Part shown: one piece after another, positions 26,695 through 32,000 of the stretch
Position numbering within the stretch: the first letter of the stretch is position 1
Layout: every line of letters starts with the position of its first letter
Source of the DNA: Acaryochloris marina MBIC11017
GTDB lineage: Bacteria > Cyanobacteriota > Cyanobacteriia > Thermosynechococcales > Thermosynechococcaceae
Direction of reading: 5' to 3'
DNA length: 32,000 nucleotides
Assembly (NCBI RefSeq): GCF_000018105.1
Contig: NC_009925.1
Location: 1,770,001 to 1,802,000, forward strand
The notes under the pieces: model-generated
The model's database searches: none
Seen by the model: the letters and a program-made list of their open reading frames with translations, nothing else
Told to the model about the DNA's origin: nothing
Made by a program: the position numbers and the translations under genes

Positions 26695-28065
26695 CTAGGC
26701 AACTTCCTGGGGTTGGGGATTAGTTGATGGGGAGAGCGCAGAATCTGATGCAGAGCTCTCAATCATTTCCACCAGTTCTCGCTCAAAGGTCAACAAAGCC
26801 CGGTTCGTGCGCCCACCCACATACAGTTGATCATCTGCCGTTAATAGCCAGATTTGCGAATGAGAGACATAACTCATGATCACACCAATCATTAACAGTC
26901 CGAATCCAGCATAAATCCAGGGAATGCCAGGGTCAGACTTAATTTGTAACCCTGTACTGCCCACCAGTTCCACTAATTTGAGGCTAATGTCATTCACATC
27001 CGTCGACATGCCCGTTCTTACGGTTGACACGAGCTTGCCGGACTCATCATAGACCACGACTGTGCCCTGCAAATCTGTGGTCAGCAAGGTCACCCCTGCA
27101 CTGAGATCCGGTTTTGTGGGCACCCAGGTTCCCCAGATTCTGCCACCCGCTGCTTCTAAGGGGGCCATGGGTAGCTGCAAAACAGGGCTGTTGTTGAGCT
27201 GCACCCGAACTCCAGCAATGGACCAGTCTGCTTGGTAGAGGGTCACGCCCTTATGTTTAAGGGGTTGATTCACATGAATCGTTTGCCGATCTAATTCATT
27301 CTTGTCTTCATCGACAATCGATAAGTCTGAGTAAAATTGGTCAATTTGGCCTTCAGGAGTGTAATCAATCCAAAAACGATTCACCTGCACCGCCCAATCT
27401 CTGGGAATTTGTGCCCCGGACCATGGGCCAGATTTAACAATATTGCTAACCTTGGCAGTGGTGCCACTGGGTATCATTTCTTGGGCCATAAATCCTGTCA
27501 GGGAACCCCATATGGAACCGAGTAGGATCAAGATCATGCTGGCGTGAACAATGATTGGACCAATACGCCCAGTAATGCCTTTGCGGGCATAGATACTCTG
27601 ATCTTCTTCAAAAACCTTGTAACGGTTCTTTTCTAACGCCTTTAGCAGCGAAGGCTTTTGATCCGGGTCAAGGGTGGTACTTAGGGCCAGTTTCCCAAAC
27701 TGACGAGGCTTCTTATAGAACTGCCAACTGCGAGCCGCTTTGAGAGCCGGAAGCTGCCGCATAAAGGTACAGGCCGTCAAGCTGGTACCAAACAATATCA
27801 GAAGTGACAAAAACCACCAGGTGGCATATACATGATCCAACCCGATCGTCACCAAAACTTTCCAAGTCAAAAAACCAAACAATGCCGGTTCTTCAGGATA
27901 GTTGGCCTGATAAAACTCTAGGGATTGGCCTTGCTCAATAACGGTGCCTGAGATGCTAAACAGTGCGATCGCAAGAAGCAATACAATTGCCAACCGCAAA
28001 TCTGCCAAAACAGGCACTAACGTTTTTTTGAAGAAAGCTTGAGGTTGGCCGAGGTTAGAGGTCAT
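26695..28065 (-). CDS. ccs1: Cytochrome c biogenesis protein Ccs1/ResB (system II)
   Basis: The 456-aa product has an N-terminal TM pair ([27 protein letters not shown] and [17 protein letters not shown]). A large soluble loop follows, then a C-terminal TM ([19 protein letters not shown]). It is adjacent to ccdA. Confidence 0.88.
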
Positions 28066-28098
28066 GGAATTGGGTCAAGGAGTTGTAAATCGACAGGA

Positions 28099-28836
28099 TT
28101 AAACGCTAGGCAATACATGATTTAGCAAGGAAAATACGCCAAAGGCAACCAAAATAACGCCACTGGTAGGAGTAATCCAAGCAGACCATTTACGAATAGA
28201 GAGAAACCGCTTGATCGCTGCCGTAAACGTTCCTGCAATGATGAGGGGAGCAGTATAGCCTGCCGTGTATGACAATAACAGACCACCGCCCAGAATAGGA
28301 TCCTGAGTACTTGAGATCCAGGCTAGTAATGTTGCAAGCACCGGGGTACTACAGGGGGAAGCCACAAGACCAAAAGTCAGCCCCAACAGGAAAGAGCGTA
28401 ATCCTCTCGGTAGCTGATCCGAGATCAGTTCCACCCCTGAAAAGCTCGGTAATCGGAGCGGTAACGCTTCCAGTAAATTGAGCCCCATGATAATGGCGAC
28501 TAGACTGACTACAATAGCCAGCCCTACACCGATTTGCCCATAGACCCGCCCCAGTAGCGCTGCACCAATTCCCAAGCCTGCCAGCGTCGAGGCTAAGCCT
28601 AAACAGAACCAAACGGATTGAGCCATGGCTTGCCAACGGTTCTCCGTTTCATAGCCACCGATATAGCCCACCGTTATCGGCAGCATCGACAAAGTACAGG
28701 GGGTAAGGCTGGTTAATAGGCCTGCCAAAAAGATAATGCCAACACTCAAAGCAGAAAGATGAGAGAGTTGGGTCGAAACAATTGAATTCGCAAATTGTTC
28801 AAGGTGATAAAGCTGAATTTCCAGCGTTTCCAGCAT
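28099..28836 (-). CDS. ccdA: Cytochrome c biogenesis thiol-disulfide transporter CcdA (DsbD family)
   Basis: It is polytopic, with the two conserved Cys motifs LTPCTLSMLP and ASPCSTPVL. I chose the ATG at 28836; a TTG at 28866 is an alternative start. Confidence 0.88.
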   Translation of the reverse strand: MLETLEIQLYHLEQFANSIVSTQLSHLSALSVGIIFLAGLLTSLTPCTLSMLPITVGYIGGYETENRWQAMAQSVWFCLGLASTLAGLGIGAALLGRVYGQIGVGLAIVVSLVAIIMGLNLLEALPLRLPSFSGVELISDQLPRGLRSFLLGLTFGLVASPCSTPVLATLLAWISSTQDPILGGGLLLSYTAGYTAPLIIAGTFTAAIKRFLSIRKWSAWITPTSGVILVAFGVFSLLNHVLPSV

Positions 28837-28886
28837 AAGGAGAAGCTGCTTCGACGCAACTAACAATCAGGTGTTCGCTATTGATC

Positions 28887-30338
28887 TTAACGAAGTCTGT
28901 GTTTTCGGCGTTGTTTTAGTCGTTGTTTTTTAGCAGCCAGTGCTGCTTTAGGATCATTTTTTCTAGCGGTTGCAGACGCTACACCCTTTGATGAGCGAAG
29001 TTTAACGAGTATTCTGCGCCATAAAGAAGTTGGTTTCCGTTTACGGACTAACTTTAGGTGTTCATTTTCGCGAGGATGCAGAGAAGTTTGAGGACCAGAT
29101 AGCGCATTGGCAGAAGAACCATGTCTAGCTGTTGCCACGGAAGAGTGATCGCCAACCAGTCGGATCAAAGATGGGGACTCGCCCTCATGATGGGGGATAG
29201 CAACCACCTCGGCACTTTGGCTCTCTCGAGCAGCCCGGATCAACAGTCCTGCGATTAATAAGCTAGCGATCATAGAATTCCCCCCATAGCTAAACATGGG
29301 GAGGGGAAGACCTGTCGTTGGCAATACACCAATTACCACACCGATATTTATCAAGGCCTGACCGACTAAGAAAATCATGGCCCCAATGGCCACCAAACGC
29401 TGAATGACATGGGTAGATTTCATGGCTACCCGTAAGGCTAAAAAGCTGTAGGTCCCCAGGAGCAATAAAAAACAAAATCCCCCCAACAAACCAAATTCTT
29501 CGGCAAAAACCGCAAAAATAAAATCTGTATGCTGAATAGGTAAATAGGAAAGCTTCAATTGTGACTCACCAAAGCCAACGCCCAGGATGCCCCCGGAGCC
29601 AACTGCTAACAAGCTCTGATGAAGCTGAAAGCCATCTCCAAGGGCGTCGGCCCAAGGATTCAAGAATGAGAGGATCCGACTTTGCTGATAGGGATTACGC
29701 AACACACTAATCGCTGCTAGACCTACCCCTGCCAACGCCGTTAAGAAAAGAGACTGGTAGCGTAACCCCGCTGCCAAAGCAATCAACCAAAGGGTCATAC
29801 CACACAAGGCCGTGGTGCTTAGATTCGGCTGGACCAAGATGCCCAAAAGGGTGAGGGAAAATAGAAATAACCACCATAGTCGCTCACCCAGGGTTAATCG
29901 AGACCAGCGATTAAAAATATAGGCACTCTGCAGAATCAGGAAAGGTTTGATTAATTCGGAAGGCTGAAGTGGAAAGGGGCCAATATCAATCCATCGGGTT
30001 GCACCATTAATCGTGATCCCTAGCCCTGGAATTTTTGTGGCAAAAATCAACATCAAAAACAGAAAGAATCCAAACGCGGAAACTTTCATGAGTTTGTATA
30101 AGGGAATGTGGATCACCGCACAAAAACCCAACAGTCCCAAAATCACCCCTAATAGCTGGCGTTTGGAATAGTAGAGACCATCCCCAGATTCAATCGCCCC
30201 CGCATGGTAGGACGCTGAGAATAGAACGACAAGGCCAATGCCTAACCAAAAGAGGGTTAGCCAATGAAGGAATCGGGCTTCAGCAGCCCATTCTTCTGTT
30301 GAATAGGGAAGGGAGGGAATGAGGCGACGTATCTTCAC
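28887..30338 (-). CDS. ftsW: FtsW/RodA/SpoVE (SEDS) family protein, probably FtsW, with a long basic C-terminal tail
   Basis: SEDS blocks are present: RWIDIGPFPLQPSELIKP, HTDFIFAVFAEEFGLLG and GLPLPMFSYGGNSM. About 110 extra C-terminal residues end in KKQRLKQRRKHRLR. The start is GTG. Confidence 0.85.
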   Translation of the reverse strand: MKIRRLIPSLPYSTEEWAAEARFLHWLTLFWLGIGLVVLFSASYHAGAIESGDGLYYSKRQLLGVILGLLGFCAVIHIPLYKLMKVSAFGFFLFLMLIFATKIPGLGITINGATRWIDIGPFPLQPSELIKPFLILQSAYIFNRWSRLTLGERLWWLFLFSLTLLGILVQPNLSTTALCGMTLWLIALAAGLRYQSLFLTALAGVGLAAISVLRNPYQQSRILSFLNPWADALGDGFQLHQSLLAVGSGGILGVGFGESQLKLSYLPIQHTDFIFAVFAEEFGLLGGFCFLLLLGTYSFLALRVAMKSTHVIQRLVAIGAMIFLVGQALINIGVVIGVLPTTGLPLPMFSYGGNSMIASLLIAGLLIRAARESQSAEVVAIPHHEGESPSLIRLVGDHSSVATARHGSSANALSGPQTSLHPRENEHLKLVRKRKPTSLWRRILVKLRSSKGVASATARKNDPKAALAAKKQRLKQRRKHRLR

Positions 30339-30447
30339 AACCAGTAATTCCCAGCGTTAAGTCGAGGCCAGTATAGCAGACCCATCTAGGAATTGAAGGG
30401 GGTTAATGAGCAACCCCTCACATCAGCGATTGGTGATCAATTTTTAA

Positions 30448-30939
30448 TTACTGTTCAGGCAAAGCTTCCGTTTGAGGATGATCTAAGGATATAGAGAGAA
30501 CATCTACTTCTTGGTTGAGCACCATGGTCGTACTGGAGTTACTGGCGAACCCGATATGCTCATAAAAACGCTGTTGGTGAGTGGTGGTTAAGTAAATGCG
30601 TTCAACACGGTTCATCCGTGGATGAGCTAGTAGGGTCTGAACAAGCTGTCGCCCAAGCCCTTGGCCGCGATAGTCAGGATGAATAACCACATCCCATATC
30701 ATGGCGCGATAAATACCATCTGATGTGGCTCGTGCGAACCCAATCAATTCTTCACGATCCCACACACTGATAATGGGGTAACTATTTGCGATCGCAACTC
30801 CCCAATCTTCTAGGCGGCGCTCACCAGCCCAAAAGGCCCCTACCTGAAACAGCCGCTGTAATTTTCGCAATACGGTAGCGTTGACCGGCTGGTCCGCCTC
30901 GGTTAAGCCGTCTCGGAACTGAATATGTCGATTATCCAT
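30448..30939 (-). CDS. GNAT-family N-acetyltransferase (paralog of 7482-8033)
   Basis: GFARATSDGIYRAMIWDVVIHPDYRGQGLGRQLV shares the RATSD...IWDVV.HPD..GQGLG block with the first GNAT. It lacks that protein's C-terminal [12 protein letters not shown] motif. Confidence 0.85.
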   Translation of the reverse strand: MDNRHIQFRDGLTEADQPVNATVLRKLQRLFQVGAFWAGERRLEDWGVAIANSYPIISVWDREELIGFARATSDGIYRAMIWDVVIHPDYRGQGLGRQLVQTLLAHPRMNRVERIYLTTTHQQRFYEHIGFASNSSTTMVLNQEVDVLSISLDHPQTEALPEQ

Positions 30940-31196
30940 AGCGATGATTATGTCTTAGAAATCTGAGAATCACAATGGCGGTCATTTCCCTTGTTTAGAC
31001 GTAAAAGAGTTCATCTAAGGGGCGGATAATAATTAAATACGCTACAGTGTATAAGCAATACTTAACAAAAGTACACCGATTTTTGTACTTCTTGATACAA
31101 TAGCCTCATGTCGTAACGCTTCATTGCAAGATTCAAAGGTTGTTAAGGCAGAATGGTAGGTTCGTTTTATGTCCTTTGAGTGATTGTTTGTTTGGT

Positions 31197-31415
31197 ATGG
31201 AGACCCCTGTGCAACTCAATTCACAGCCCCTTTCAAAAAACTCTAATCGAAGAGAAGACTTAAGCGAATATGTAGCTCATCTGCAGCTCCATATGACCTT
31301 GCAAGCTCGGAATCTAGTTCCCACCTTGACTCGTCCTGAAGATAGCCGCGAGGAAATGCTTCAAGAGACCCAGGCAACCTTTGAAAAACATGTCTCTCGC
31401 CAAAGTGTTCAATAA
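31197..31415 (+). CDS. Hypothetical small protein (72 aa)
   Basis: The ORF runs from the ATG at 31197. It is hydrophilic, with no recognisable motif, and is followed by its own terminator at 31473-31498. Coding status is unproven. Confidence 0.35.
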   Translation: METPVQLNSQPLSKNSNRREDLSEYVAHLQLHMTLQARNLVPTLTRPEDSREEMLQETQATFEKHVSRQSVQ

Positions 31416-31472
31416 AACGATTGACCGCTTAACGTTATAAAATACAAAATTTAATATTTCAACCAACTAAAA

Positions 31473-31498
31473 GGAGTGTTTCTTAACACTCTTTTTTT
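31473..31498 (+). terminator. Rho-independent terminator (plus strand)
   Basis: GAGTGTT (31474-31480) pairs with AACACTC (31485-31491) around a TCTT loop, followed by seven T (31492-31498). Confidence 0.65.
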
Positions 31499-31510
31499 GT
31501 TGAGCTTAAC

Positions 31511-31537
31511 AAAAACCGCCCTCCATAGAGGGCGGTT
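31511..31537 (-). terminator. Rho-independent terminator of the porin gene (minus strand)
   Basis: AACCGCCCTC (31514-31523) pairs with GAGGGCGGTT (31528-31537) around a CATA loop. The A-run at 31511-31515 gives a U-tract on the minus-strand RNA. It lies 36 nt after the porin stop. Confidence 0.7.
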
Positions 31538-31572
31538 ATGGCAAGTGAGGGAAAAACTAAAACATAAATCCG

Positions 31573-32000
31573 TTAGAAGGAGAACGTGGCCCGAACTAAT
31601 CCCTGAATGATGTCATTGGGATTGCCGTTACTGACATTGAAAGGATTCGTAATCAGCATGACAGTCGGTGTGATCGTAATGTTCTCATTCACGGGGAACC
31701 GATAAAACGCCTCAAAGTTAGTTTGGGCAGAATAATTAGGATCCGTAGTGCTGACAATAAACGGCTGACCGGCTGCTACCGCAAGCAGAGACCCTGGCAC
31801 GAGTAAGTCATTAACACCTACACCGGCCATCCAGGTTTGAATGCTGCTGTTATTACCAACAGGTAGAACATTTTGGAATAGGTCATTGTTAACCCCACCA
31901 AAGGTAAGTTGAGGATCAATGGAAATTCCATAGCGACCAAAAATGCCAAATTGTCCCAGGGTCAACTCAACGTTGGCACCAATGATATTTTGGTTAACGT
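31573..32000 (-). CDS. Outer-membrane beta-barrel porin, C-terminal part (OprB-like cyanobacterial porin; the gene continues beyond the window)
   Basis: The sequence has an alternating beta-strand pattern and aromatic girdle residues, with a terminal ...GLVRATFSF ending in Phe, as in OMP C-terminal signatures. The frame stays open to base 32000, so the listed M is internal. Confidence 0.6.
   Translation of the reverse strand, partial: VNQNIIGANVELTLGQFGIFGRYGISIDPQLTFGGVNNDLFQNVLPVGNNSSIQTWMAGVGVNDLLVPGSLLAVAAGQPFIVSTTDPNYSAQTNFEAFYRFPVNENITITPTVMLITNPFNVSNGNPNDIIQGLVRATFSF

Noticed and set aside
1-32000. Search for a defence, toxin-antitoxin, retron, CRISPR-Cas, secretion or biosynthetic gene cluster.
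   Set aside because: No reverse transcriptase, helicase/nuclease, restriction-modification, Cas, toxin-like small gene pair, NRPS/PKS or similar signature appears in any of the six frames. Apart from 1-1150, every sizeable ORF has a housekeeping assignment.

Overview
This is a cyanobacterial chromosomal segment. Evidence: a form-IB RuBisCO operon (rbcL-rbcX-rbcS), Raf1, an activase-like protein with a C-terminal small-subunit-like domain, system-II cytochrome c biogenesis genes (ccdA, ccs1), an rpsL-rpsG-fusA-tuf-rpsJ block, and seven HIP1 octamers (GCGATCGC).

About 95% of the window is densely packed core genes, in this order:
- RuBisCO synthesis and maintenance (1175-6838, minus strand).
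- An NSI-like GNAT gene divergent from rbcL.
- A TPR/J-domain gene pair, then lnt.
- A phasin-like protein, an FKBP isomerase and a Lon-N-domain protein.
- The str ribosomal cluster, then ybaB.
- murB-murC.
- A SpoU-class RNA methyltransferase and a membrane-anchored class-A beta-lactamase-fold serine hydrolase.
- Hpt, obg and a LuxR-type response regulator.
- A small membrane protein, ccs1, ccdA and ftsW.
- A second GNAT, a small orphan ORF and the 3' end of an outer-membrane porin gene.

The only clearly accessory DNA is the left edge (1-1150). It holds the 3' part of an IS4-family transposase gene abutting a truncated tyrosine-recombinase gene, a G-depleted tract, and a ~292-bp non-coding element with terminal inverted repeats and two near-identical subterminal GC hairpins. 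Two perfect palindromes follow it.

I see no recognisable defence, toxin-antitoxin, CRISPR or secondary-metabolite system. The best candidates for something undescribed are:
- The 782-1073 element, which could be a MITE/PATE-like mobile element or a structured RNA.
- The co-location of rbcLXS, rca-like and raf1 with an embedded SGNH hydrolase.
- The NSI-like acetyltransferase that shares an upstream region with rbcL.

All functional calls rest on reading the translated ORFs and recalling family motifs. No searches were run.
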